A stretch of 64,000 nucleotides of DNA from Pollutimonas bauzanensis (GCF_040393045.1 NZ_JBEBUX010000005.1:743-64742); one strand, 5' to 3'; positions 38,674-47,023 are shown, numbered from the stretch's first letter. A program made the numbers and translations. Notes: generated by a model not told the origin, from the sequence alone.

Positions 38674-38692
38674 GTGTCCAACACATGGACAC
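38674..38692. promoter_or_regulatory. Candidate operator in the divergent Bug / IclR intergenic region
   Basis: GTGTCCA-acaca-TGGACAC, perfect 7-bp arms. It lies between Bug start 38653 and IclR start 38756. Confidence 0.4.
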
Positions 38693-38755
38693 CCCTATAA
38701 TAACCAAAGCATTTTCCGATACAACGCGACTTTCGCCAACACAAGCGTACATACC

Positions 38756-39523
38756 GTGGACACTTTAGAAACTGACAACGCAGGTTCAGGCCCCAGAACC
38801 CTAAGGCGCGGCCTGCAGGTTTTGCGCACATTACAAGACAATCCCGATACTGGCTTAAGCGTTACCGACTTGGCACGAATGACGGGTTTGCAGCGCCCCA
38901 CCATTTATCGGCTGCTGGCGGCCCTGGTCGAGGGCGGCTTCGCCAAGACAGTAAGCGGGACCAAACGCTTCATGGCCAATGAAAGCGCCATACTGCCCAA
39001 TATCGAGCAAGACCCGCGCATAGAGCTCGCTTTTCCGGTTCTGCAAAGGCTCGCAACCCTTACCGGGGACGCCGTCTTCCTGGTAGTGCGCGATGGGCAT
39101 GAATCGGTCAGTTTATGGCGCGAAATCGGTGCATACCCTGTGCAAATATTGGCCACCTTCGCTGGAAAACGCCAGCCCCTGGGCGTGGGATCGGGCGGTA
39201 TGGCCTTGCTGGCCAAGCTCAGCGATGAAACAGTAGAAGAAATCATCGCCAGCAACAGCAATCGAATCGAACAGTATGGCGGCATGACCACACGAGAAAT
39301 GCGGCAACTGGTGCTCAACACGCGTACACGCGGTTATTCGGTCGTTGGAAATTATGCGGTACGCGGCGCGCTAGGAGTCGGCTGCGCCTTATGCGATGCC
39401 AAAAAAAATCCCTATCTTGCGATTAGCGTTACCGCCATTACCGACCGCATGCCCGCCAGCCGGCAACGAGAAATAGCCCTTCTTATACAAGATGGGCTAA
39501 AAACCATTGCCGATAGAATCTAG
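38756..39523 (+). CDS. IclR-family transcriptional regulator
   Basis: GTG start. LRRGLQVLRTLQDNPDTGLSVTDLARMTGLQRPTIYRLLAAL HTH plus an effector domain. Confidence 0.85.
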   Translation: MDTLETDNAGSGPRTLRRGLQVLRTLQDNPDTGLSVTDLARMTGLQRPTIYRLLAALVEGGFAKTVSGTKRFMANESAILPNIEQDPRIELAFPVLQRLATLTGDAVFLVVRDGHESVSLWREIGAYPVQILATFAGKRQPLGVGSGGMALLAKLSDETVEEIIASNSNRIEQYGGMTTREMRQLVLNTRTRGYSVVGNYAVRGALGVGCALCDAKKNPYLAISVTAITDRMPASRQREIALLIQDGLKTIADRI

Positions 39524-41037
39524 ACTATCGCTTCACTGTCGGATAGCTGCGCTTCACCATCCAGCGGATAAATAGGACGACTCAAATTCCTGAACGGGAA
39601 TAAGGCGTAGTCGGAGCTGCATACGCCAGGTCCACCAACCAGCACCACATGCCTGGCCAATGGACCGAACCCCGCCCGGAAATGTTGACGAGACTTGATC
39701 AAGACATATTTCTTGGCGGCCGGATCAACGCCTGCATGCGTGAAAACGCCAGTATCGTAAGGTTCTTGCGGCTTTTCAGAAACAAAGATCAGCACTCCTT
39801 CGGACTCAAGCACGGCGGTACGGCCCAGGCTCAGCAACATGCCGGTAAACATAGGCCCGGTTACCCGATAGTTGCCATCGGTAATATTCACCACCTTGCC
39901 CGTCACCCTCAAGGGCTCGCCGGCAAGGTCAAGCGCCGGCATATCTGTTTTTCCGCCCAGATCAAGCGTGACGTCAGCACCGATTCCCGCTTGTATCATT
40001 TGCTCGACCGCAGCCGGATCCCATATCGGACCAGCCACGACATCCTCGAGCCCTTGTTCTATTACCTCACGCAATACCGCCATGACGTCAGTCGTACCGC
40101 CAGCACCGCAATTGTCCCCGTGATCCACCAGCACTATTGGCCCTTCGGCAAGTTGCTTAGCCGCAGCAATTGAGTCTGCCAAAGGCTCTGTCGGAAAAAT
40201 AAAATCGTCTCGGCGCGCCCAAGCCAGTTCGCTGAGTTCATCAAGCAAAAGCAAACCTTGCTCGCGCTTGCTTTTGTCTACGACAAGAACAATGGACAAT
40301 CCCACATGAGGAATATCGGCTAATGGAAACCCGCCGAATACGGATGCGTTCAACACTTCGCCATTGGCCTCGGCCGCCATCGCCCTGTCCATGATGTCTT
40401 TCATAGGCTGCAGCGCTGGTGTCTGCCTGAGCATATGCGTAAGCATGGGCAAGCGGCGCCACAAGATGGTCGGCTCAACCTCTTTCTTTAATATGGCTTG
40501 CAATGTTCTGCCTGCGCGCTCTCCGGTCTGATAGACGTCAATATGCGGATAAGTGCAATAACCGGTGATCACCGTGGCGTTATCGATCAAATCAGGGCTG
40601 AAATTGGCGTGGAAGTCCAACGCGACGATGACCGGAACTGATTCGGGCAAGATAGCCCGGATACGCTTGAGCAGCTCACCTTCGGCGTCCGGGTAGCCTT
40701 GCGCCACCATAGCGCCATGCAGATCCAGCAACACCGCATCACAGCCTTTTTTTACACAGGCCAGGATAGACTCAACAATCGATTCAAACGCTTCGCGAGT
40801 CACCGTGCCGCTAGGCACGGCATTGGCGACAATGGCGAAATCCACCTCGGCGCCCAGCTTGTCAGCAAGATCCAGATAAGCAGCCGCCGCGCTATTGGTA
40901 TTTGCGCATGAATTGCGAGCTTCATCGCCATAGGCCGGGCCATTTTTGCCTGTGCCGCGACAAAACGATGCCAGTTCGGTGGGCAATGGAGAGAACGTAT
41001 TGGTTTCATGGCGGACCAGCGCAACAACCACTTTCAT
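39520..41037 (-). CDS. M81-family metallopeptidase (MlrC-like)
   Basis: MKVVVALVRHETNTFSPLPT N-terminus and overall length match MlrC/DUF1485 plus the MlrC C-terminal domain. Confidence 0.75.
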   Translation of the reverse strand: MKVVVALVRHETNTFSPLPTELASFCRGTGKNGPAYGDEARNSCANTNSAAAAYLDLADKLGAEVDFAIVANAVPSGTVTREAFESIVESILACVKKGCDAVLLDLHGAMVAQGYPDAEGELLKRIRAILPESVPVIVALDFHANFSPDLIDNATVITGYCTYPHIDVYQTGERAGRTLQAILKKEVEPTILWRRLPMLTHMLRQTPALQPMKDIMDRAMAAEANGEVLNASVFGGFPLADIPHVGLSIVLVVDKSKREQGLLLLDELSELAWARRDDFIFPTEPLADSIAAAKQLAEGPIVLVDHGDNCGAGGTTDVMAVLREVIEQGLEDVVAGPIWDPAAVEQMIQAGIGADVTLDLGGKTDMPALDLAGEPLRVTGKVVNITDGNYRVTGPMFTGMLLSLGRTAVLESEGVLIFVSEKPQEPYDTGVFTHAGVDPAAKKYVLIKSRQHFRAGFGPLARHVVLVGGPGVCSSDYALFPFRNLSRPIYPLDGEAQLSDSEAIV

Positions 41038-41060
41038 AGAAATTCCTGATTATCCTGAGA

Positions 41061-42041
41061 TTATTGTTTTTCCAGCCCGGAAGCCTCGACCAGCTTGCCG
41101 TAGCGGACTGTTTCTTCCAACAAGAACTTCTTGCTGTCTTCGGGGGACGTCATGACCGGTGCGTAGGCCAGCAAGTCCAGCGCCGTGATGAAATCCTGTT
41201 CCTGCATGCCTTCCTTGATAGCGGCGTACAGCTTATTGATGACGTCTTGAGGCGTACCTGATCTGACCACTACCGATAGATTCGAGCGCACTGTCAAGTC
41301 TTTGGTGTTGTCATAGTCTTGAGTGACGGCAGCGGGAAACTCTTTCAGAGCCTGCGACTGCAAAACGACGACAGGTTTGACTTTGCCGGCCCGTGCCTGC
41401 GAAATCGACGAACCCACGACGTCCAGGTGGGCATCTGTCTGGCCACCGATAAGATCGGTGACGGCAGGAGGCGAGCCGCGGTAGGGAATAATTTCAAAGT
41501 CGAAATTATTTTTCTGGCGCCATTGAGACAATGCCAGGTATGCCGCGCCGCCTATCGTGTTCACGCTGATGGACGCCTGGCCGGGATGGGTCTTGATGTA
41601 TTGCTTGAGTGAATCGAAGTCCTTGTGCTTGCCATCTTGCTTGACGATCAGCCAATGGGGATACGTATTGACGACGGTGACAGGCGTAAAGTCTTTATCG
41701 CCGTCATAAGGAATTTTCTTCATCAGAAAACCATTGATATTCAGCGTGTTGTCGCTTGCCATGAAAAGCGTATAGCCTTCTGGCGGATCTTTCAGAACAG
41801 AAAGCACGCCTGGTATGGTCGCGCCGCCCGACACATTTTCGACTACAGCCGGTTGGCCCAGCTTGTCGCTGATTTTCTTGGCAACCAGACGCCCCATGAT
41901 GTCTGCCGACCCGCCCGCAGGGTAAGGAACGACCACTTTAAATGGCTTATTGGGCCAATCCTGTGCTTGTGCCGAAAGAGGCAGCGCCATGGCGACCCCC
42001 AGCCATACCGCCGCACGCAACAATTTACTTATTTGCTTCAC
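41061..42041 (-). CDS. Bug-family (TctC-like) periplasmic solute-binding receptor
   Basis: ORF 41061..42113 trimmed to GTG 42041, which is preceded by CAGGAG. Signal peptide ending PLSAQA. WPNKPFKVVVPYPAGGSAD. Confidence 0.85.
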   Translation of the reverse strand: MKQISKLLRAAVWLGVAMALPLSAQAQDWPNKPFKVVVPYPAGGSADIMGRLVAKKISDKLGQPAVVENVSGGATIPGVLSVLKDPPEGYTLFMASDNTLNINGFLMKKIPYDGDKDFTPVTVVNTYPHWLIVKQDGKHKDFDSLKQYIKTHPGQASISVNTIGGAAYLALSQWRQKNNFDFEIIPYRGSPPAVTDLIGGQTDAHLDVVGSSISQARAGKVKPVVVLQSQALKEFPAAVTQDYDNTKDLTVRSNLSVVVRSGTPQDVINKLYAAIKEGMQEQDFITALDLLAYAPVMTSPEDSKKFLLEETVRYGKLVEASGLEKQ

Positions 42042-42253
42042 TGACTGACTCCTGTCCACTTTCCTCGTTGATATTGTCTCGCCCTGCCGGCGCAGATACC
42101 GCGCCAAAACCACTTATGTGTCCTTGCATGTACCCAACAGCGAGAGGCTTGAAGTCAGTATATAAACGCGACTATGCAATGTCTAATATATAATTAATCT
42201 AATAACGATACACAAAATATATAGATAAATATGCACGAAACAGGGATGCAACA

Positions 42254-43147
42254 ATGGATACCCATCGCCTTCATTGCTTTGTGACTGTTGTGGAAGTCGG
42301 CAATCTTTCCAAAGCGGCCGCCAAGTTGCACATGACGCAGCCTCCCCTCAGCATTCTGATACGCAAACTGGAAACTGAGCTCAAGGTCACGCTCTTTGAT
42401 CGCATCAGCAATCGTCTGGTGCTGACCGCAACTGGGCAGCTTTTCTACCGGCGCGCCAAAGAACTGCTTGCATCTATGCAGGCGCTCACCAGGGAGCTGC
42501 AGGAAAGCGACAACGGATTGCGCGGCACGGTCGCGGTGGGTTGCTCCACCGCCGCCAGTCTGTTCATTATTCCAAAGGTCATAGAGCAGATACAGGCCCA
42601 AGGGCTGGATATAAGTGTCCAGGTGCACGAAGGCGCAACCCCGCATCTGGTTGAGCAGCTGCGCAATCAACGTCTGGATGTCGGTATCTGCCGTACGGAG
42701 TACAAGGCCGAAGATCTGCAGACCATGACGCTTTATACCGAGCCCTTGCTTCTGGCTCTGCCTGCCAGTCATCCGCTTCTGGCGAAGCAACAGATTCTTC
42801 TGCAGGATCTGAAAGACGAGCGCTTCCTCATGCATGTGTCGCCTTTAGGGCGAGGCATTTCGGATCTGCTTATTGAGTCATGCCAACTCAGCGGCTTTTC
42901 GCCGCAGGTGATCTATTGGGGAATAGAAACCTTGCCTATGCTGCTTATGGCGGGAAAGGGGCTGGGCATCACCTTCGCTCCAAAAAGCTTTGCACAGCTT
43001 CCCTTCCGGAATCCCCTGAAATTCGTGGAGATCAAGCAACCAAAACTCGAAACACGGCTCAGCCTTATCACGCAAAAAAATCGGGTTCAATCGGCTGTTG
43101 CCCGGCGGTTCCTCGAGATCACGACGCAGGTCATCAATCAGTTGTAG
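42254..43147 (+). CDS. LysR-family transcriptional regulator
   Basis: MDTHRLHCFVTVVEVGNLSKAAAKLHMTQPPLSILIRKLE HTH plus a LysR substrate-binding domain. Confidence 0.9.
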   Translation: MDTHRLHCFVTVVEVGNLSKAAAKLHMTQPPLSILIRKLETELKVTLFDRISNRLVLTATGQLFYRRAKELLASMQALTRELQESDNGLRGTVAVGCSTAASLFIIPKVIEQIQAQGLDISVQVHEGATPHLVEQLRNQRLDVGICRTEYKAEDLQTMTLYTEPLLLALPASHPLLAKQQILLQDLKDERFLMHVSPLGRGISDLLIESCQLSGFSPQVIYWGIETLPMLLMAGKGLGITFAPKSFAQLPFRNPLKFVEIKQPKLETRLSLITQKNRVQSAVARRFLEITTQVINQL

Positions 43148-43958
43148 CCGCCTGCACCACGCGCAAAGGAATCGGTGGATTCAAGCCCGCGCGACCAAGC
43201 ATCGCCACGGCATTGCGATACAAATCAAAACGCAGATCCCAATAGCGGGCGGAATCGACCCAGACCCGCATATTGATGATGATGGTGCTTTCGCGGTATT
43301 CCGTCACCATGACTTCGGGCGCCGGATCTTTCAAGACGAACTCATGGCCCTCGATAAGATTTCGCAATTCCCCCAAGGCCAATTCGATATCGTCGCCGTA
43401 GCGCACACCGACTTCCACATCCAGACGACGTGTGGCGTTGCGGCTGTAATTGATAATGGGGTTGCCCCAGACCAGGCTATTGGGCAAGGAAAGATGCACA
43501 CCATCAAACTGAATAAGGCGCGTCAGGAAAAGCCCGACTTCGGCCACCGTGCCATCGCCCTTGCCCACCACCGAAATATATTCGCCCGCACGCAAGGGAC
43601 GCAAGGCCAGCAGCATGATGCCCGCCGCTATGTTCTGCAGCGTGCCTTGCAAAGCCAGGCCGACAGCCAAGCCAGCCGCGCCAAGCACGGCAATAATACT
43701 GGCCGTCTGCACCCCAAAACGGGCGAGCACTGCCACAATTACAAAAATACGTATCGCCCACACCGTAACGGTGTAGACCATGGGCACAATTGTGGGATCT
43801 ATTTTCGTGGAACGCGCCGCCAGCTTTCGCACCGAGCGGCCCACAAACGAGGATACTGCCCAGCCAATTATCAGGATCAGGATTGTGAAGAGCACATTCA
43901 GCGCAAAGTATTCGATGCCCGGCATCGTTGCAGCAAAATCCTTGACTTGATCGAACAT
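43134..43958 (-). CDS. Mechanosensitive ion channel family protein (MscS type)
   Basis: ORF 43134..44051 trimmed to ATG 43958 (AGGAAGA upstream). Three N-terminal TM helices, pore helix ASIIAVLGAAGLAVGLALQGTLQNIAAG, beta-domain GDGTVAEVGLFLTRL. Confidence 0.85.
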   Translation of the reverse strand: MFDQVKDFAATMPGIEYFALNVLFTILILIIGWAVSSFVGRSVRKLAARSTKIDPTIVPMVYTVTVWAIRIFVIVAVLARFGVQTASIIAVLGAAGLAVGLALQGTLQNIAAGIMLLALRPLRAGEYISVVGKGDGTVAEVGLFLTRLIQFDGVHLSLPNSLVWGNPIINYSRNATRRLDVEVGVRYGDDIELALGELRNLIEGHEFVLKDPAPEVMVTEYRESTIIINMRVWVDSARYWDLRFDLYRNAVAMLGRAGLNPPIPLRVVQAATTD

Positions 43959-44007
43959 ATTCTTCCTATAAAAGCGTTGAAAATAACACCCGCACACCAT
44001 ACACCAG

Positions 44008-44030
44008 TTATCCACGGCAATTGTGGATAA
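44008..44030. promoter_or_regulatory. Inverted pair of DnaA boxes (copy 1 of a 23-bp palindrome)
   Basis: TTATCCACG-gcaat-TGTGGATAA. The right arm is the reverse complement of the consensus TTATCCACA; the left arm has one mismatch. Confidence 0.6.
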
Positions 44031-44179
44031 GCTGGAGGACAACTTGGGCACTACTGAAACAAGACCTTTTATATCAAGCCACTATACAAGCTGGATGAAA
44101 ATGGTCCAAAGCGCGGGACTTGTAATAATTGTATGGGTTTTACGCAAAAATAGCCGGTCGATATACCCACAAATCCAAG

Positions 44180-44188
44180 TTATTCACA
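44180..44188 (+). promoter_or_regulatory. Single DnaA box
   Basis: TTATTCACA fits the relaxed consensus TTWTNCACA. Confidence 0.45.
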
Positions 44189-44220
44189 CGATAAAGCCAG
44201 CGGCAGCGGCCAGGGCAAAG

Positions 44221-44243
44221 TTATCCACGCCTAATGTGGATAA
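44221..44243. promoter_or_regulatory. Inverted pair of DnaA boxes (copy 2 of the 23-bp palindrome)
   Basis: TTATCCACG-cctaa-TGTGGATAA. The flanks are shared with copy 1 (AG...GC). The two copies are 213 bp apart. Confidence 0.6.
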
Positions 44244-44343
44244 GCGCAGGGAAAACTCTTTGATTACATGAAATAACTATGTAATAACAAAGACTTGCGA
44301 TCCTTGCTCGATAACTGGCCATCTGCTTTCACATACTTGACCC

Positions 44344-44490
44344 CTACGGCGTCCGCCCACTAATCAGGCGTACCAGAACCATGATGATCGCCACCACTAT
44401 CAATATGTGAATAAAGCCTCCCACGGTATAGGAGGTCACGATTCCCAATAGCCACAAGACAATAAGAACGACTGCAATCGTATAAAGCAT
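44344..44490 (-). CDS. Small (48 aa) two-helix membrane protein, Lmo0937-like family
   Basis: Own translation; too short for the ORF track: MLYTIAVVLIVLWLLGIVTSYTVGGFIHILIVVAIIMVLVRLISGRTP, stop TAG at 44344. The pattern matches the widespread Lmo0937-type mini-proteins as I recall them. Confidence 0.65.
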   Translation of the reverse strand: MLYTIAVVLIVLWLLGIVTSYTVGGFIHILIVVAIIMVLVRLISGRTP

Positions 44491-44663
44491 AGGCTTACCC
44501 TTCTTGAAGTTTTTAATTTACGCTTCCGCAGCGAATTGCTGTTCGCCGAAGATAGGCGATGCTTTTTTCAGCAAACAACGTGCCACAAGACAGGCTGCTT
44601 GCTGTCGGCACGCCGCTTGCTACATCCCAAGAGACCCCTTTTGGTCGTTTTCAAGGAGATCAT

Positions 44664-45137
44664 ATGAAAAAGCTATTCGCAATCGCAGCCTGCTCCGTCC
44701 CCCTTCTCATAGCGCCTTCCGTCTTCGCGCAAACGACGCCCGCGCCCGGTGCCGACCCCACAACTCCCAAGAGTGATGGAGGTACTGCTCCAGCTACCCC
44801 ACCAATGGGCACGCCCCCAGCCGCGCCGGCTCCTAGCACGTCCGACAGCGCGGCAATGACGGAAGCCGTCACCGGCGTGAGTGTGAAAAGCGCCATCATG
44901 GGCAAAACCGTGTACAACGAGAAGGACGAGAAGGTCGGCGAAGTTACCGATGTGGTACTCGCTTCGGATGGCAAGGCAGCCTTTTTCATTATTGGAGCGG
45001 GCGGCTTTCTTGGCTTGGGCTCGCACGATGTAGCGATTCCGTTCGATAAGGTCACACAATCGAACGACAAACTGCTGCTGCAAGGCTATACCAAAGACCA
45101 GCTGAAAGCGCTGCCCCAGGTAAAGGTCGAAAAATAG
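44664..45137 (+). CDS. Secreted PRC-barrel domain protein
   Basis: ORF 44559..45137 trimmed to ATG 44664, which is preceded by AAGGAGA. Signal peptide MKKLFAIAACSVPLLIAPSVFA. Pro/Ala/Thr-rich linker. PRC-barrel-like C-terminus (GKTVYNEKDEKVGEVTDVVLASDGKAAFFIIGAGGFLGLGSHDVAIPF). Confidence 0.7.
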   Translation: MKKLFAIAACSVPLLIAPSVFAQTTPAPGADPTTPKSDGGTAPATPPMGTPPAAPAPSTSDSAAMTEAVTGVSVKSAIMGKTVYNEKDEKVGEVTDVVLASDGKAAFFIIGAGGFLGLGSHDVAIPFDKVTQSNDKLLLQGYTKDQLKALPQVKVEK

Positions 45138-45147
45138 CGGCGGCGCG

Positions 45148-46275
45148 ATGAACGCCCTGCCGAGCTCGCCTGGCAAAGGCCAAGGCACTGTAGTGGTGTA
45201 TCCGGCTCGCGAAAATGAACCTGAGCACGAAAAACAGGTGCATTTCGGACTGGGCAGACGTATTGCCCAACTACTCGGCCTGCAATTCGGTGGCCAGTAC
45301 GAGCCGGAGCGCCGCTACCCCGGCCGCCTGTATTTCATTCCTAGCGACACTCTTATCGGCATGGAATTTGCGCGCGGCCTGGGCATAGCATCGGAGGATG
45401 ACCTCTTTGGCGGGGTCGCCTCTCATCCATTCATTCCGACCAAGGCCATAAGCCACGCTTTGTTGAGTCCCGATGCCGTTGCGCCGGCCGGATGGTCATC
45501 CGAATTCGGCCGCTTGGTCCAGGAAGCCGTTCTGCAAGGTTTTACCAGCTTCAGCCTGGACGATGCTCATGAAGCGGGCAAGCGCCTGCTTCAATACGGA
45601 CCTTTGCGAATCAAGCCTGTCCATGCCACCGCTGGCCGCGGTCAGGTTCTTGTGTCCGACCTGGACGAACTTGCCCTCGCATTGAAAGCGCTGCCGACGG
45701 ATCGCCTTGCCGACTGCGGCGTAGTATTGGAAGAGCATCTTGAAGAGGTGAAAACCTATAGCGTCGGACAGGTGCGCCTGGCAAAGCTCGTCGCGAGCTA
45801 TGTAGGCACCCAACACCTTACCCCCGATAATCATGGGGAAATGGTGTATGGCGGATCCGATCTTATCGTGGCGCGGGGAGGTTTCGACGCATTGCTCGAA
45901 GCGAACCTGCCGCTGGACTTCCAGACCGCTATCGCAAAGGCGCGGCTTTACGACCAGGCAGCATCGCAGTGCTTCACGGGATTCTTTGCCTCACGACGCA
46001 ACTACGATGTGGCAAGCGGACTGGACAGCCAAGGTAAGCAGCACTATGGCGTACTTGAACAATCCTGGCGAACCGGCGGGGCCAGCAGTGCGGAGATCGC
46101 CGCTCTTGAAACCTTTCACGCCCAAAACCAGACTCAGTTTGTGCGCGCCCGAACTTTGGAGATTTTCGGCCAGCAATCACAACCCCCTTCGCATGCCGTA
46201 GAAACATTCCACGGGGAGGACAAGGATCTTGGCCTGATCCGCAAATATGTAATGGTGGAACCCTATGGGAACTAG
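45148..46275 (+). CDS. Uncharacterised protein, ATP-grasp-like (DUF3182-like)
   Basis: No recognisable named enzyme. LRIKPVHATAGRGQVLV, VVLEEHLEE and LEQSWRTGGAS resemble ATP-grasp nucleotide- and metal-binding elements. Ten-nt gap to the upstream gene. Confidence 0.5.
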   Translation: MNALPSSPGKGQGTVVVYPARENEPEHEKQVHFGLGRRIAQLLGLQFGGQYEPERRYPGRLYFIPSDTLIGMEFARGLGIASEDDLFGGVASHPFIPTKAISHALLSPDAVAPAGWSSEFGRLVQEAVLQGFTSFSLDDAHEAGKRLLQYGPLRIKPVHATAGRGQVLVSDLDELALALKALPTDRLADCGVVLEEHLEEVKTYSVGQVRLAKLVASYVGTQHLTPDNHGEMVYGGSDLIVARGGFDALLEANLPLDFQTAIAKARLYDQAASQCFTGFFASRRNYDVASGLDSQGKQHYGVLEQSWRTGGASSAEIAALETFHAQNQTQFVRARTLEIFGQQSQPPSHAVETFHGEDKDLGLIRKYVMVEPYGN

Positions 46276-47023
46276 CAGTACTGCTGTGGAAATCGTTGTA
46301 GAAGATGAACACATTGCCGGCACCTTCCTGGCGCCGCGATCCCGGGTGCCCGGCGTACTCTTCGTCCACGGATGGGGCGGCAGCCAGGAACGCGACCTGG
46401 ACCGCGCCCGTGGCATTGCAGGGCTGGGATGCGTGTGCCTTACCTTTGACTTGCGCGGCCACGAAAAAGGTTCGGCCCGCCAACAAACCGTCACGCGGGA
46501 CGAGAACCTGCGCGACATCATCGCTGCTTATGACCGCCTGGTACAACACCCCGCGATCGACACGTCGTGCATTGCCGTGGTCAGCACCAGTTATGGCGGC
46601 TACCTGTCGACCATACTGACAACACTACGGCCCGTAAAGTGGCTATCGCTACGTGTTCCATCGCTGTATCGGGACGCAGAATGGACAGTACCCAAGCGCC
46701 AACTGAATCGTGAAGATCTAGCCGTTTACCGCGGCGCGCCCATCACACCTGAAGAAAATCGGGCACTGGCGGCGTGCGCCGCCTTCACTGGCGATGTGCT
46801 GATCGTCGAGTCGGAGCATGACCATCTCGTCCCCCATGCCACCATCATGAGCTACCGTGCGGCATTTCGTAACTCGCACTCCCTGACACACCGGGTCGTG
46901 GATGGCGCCGACCACGCACTTAGCCAAAAGGCCAGCCAGCAGGCATACACATCCATCCTGGTCAGTTGGGTAACGGAGATGGTCATCGGTGCTCGCATGG
47001 GTACCAAGTCAGAAGTCGCTTAA
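46265..47023 (+). CDS. Alpha/beta hydrolase family protein
   Basis: GVLFVHGWGGSQERD, nucleophile-elbow-like VVSTSYGGY, and acid/His region VESEHDHLVPH. The start overlaps the upstream gene by 11 nt. Confidence 0.7.
   Translation: MGTSSTAVEIVVEDEHIAGTFLAPRSRVPGVLFVHGWGGSQERDLDRARGIAGLGCVCLTFDLRGHEKGSARQQTVTRDENLRDIIAAYDRLVQHPAIDTSCIAVVSTSYGGYLSTILTTLRPVKWLSLRVPSLYRDAEWTVPKRQLNREDLAVYRGAPITPEENRALAACAAFTGDVLIVESEHDHLVPHATIMSYRAAFRNSHSLTHRVVDGADHALSQKASQQAYTSILVSWVTEMVIGARMGTKSEVA

Noticed and set aside
42194-42835. 213-aa minus-strand ORF
   Set aside because: It lies antisense to the LysR regulator gene. It has no motifs and no RBS.
43098-44030. 310-aa plus-strand ORF
   Set aside because: It lies antisense to the MscS-type channel gene. 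Its composition is His/Arg/Gln-rich, as is typical of antisense frames.
44023-44271. 82-aa plus-strand ORF covering the DnaA-box region
   Set aside because: It has no RBS and an implausible sequence. It begins inside one palindrome and ends just after the other. I treat the region as non-coding.
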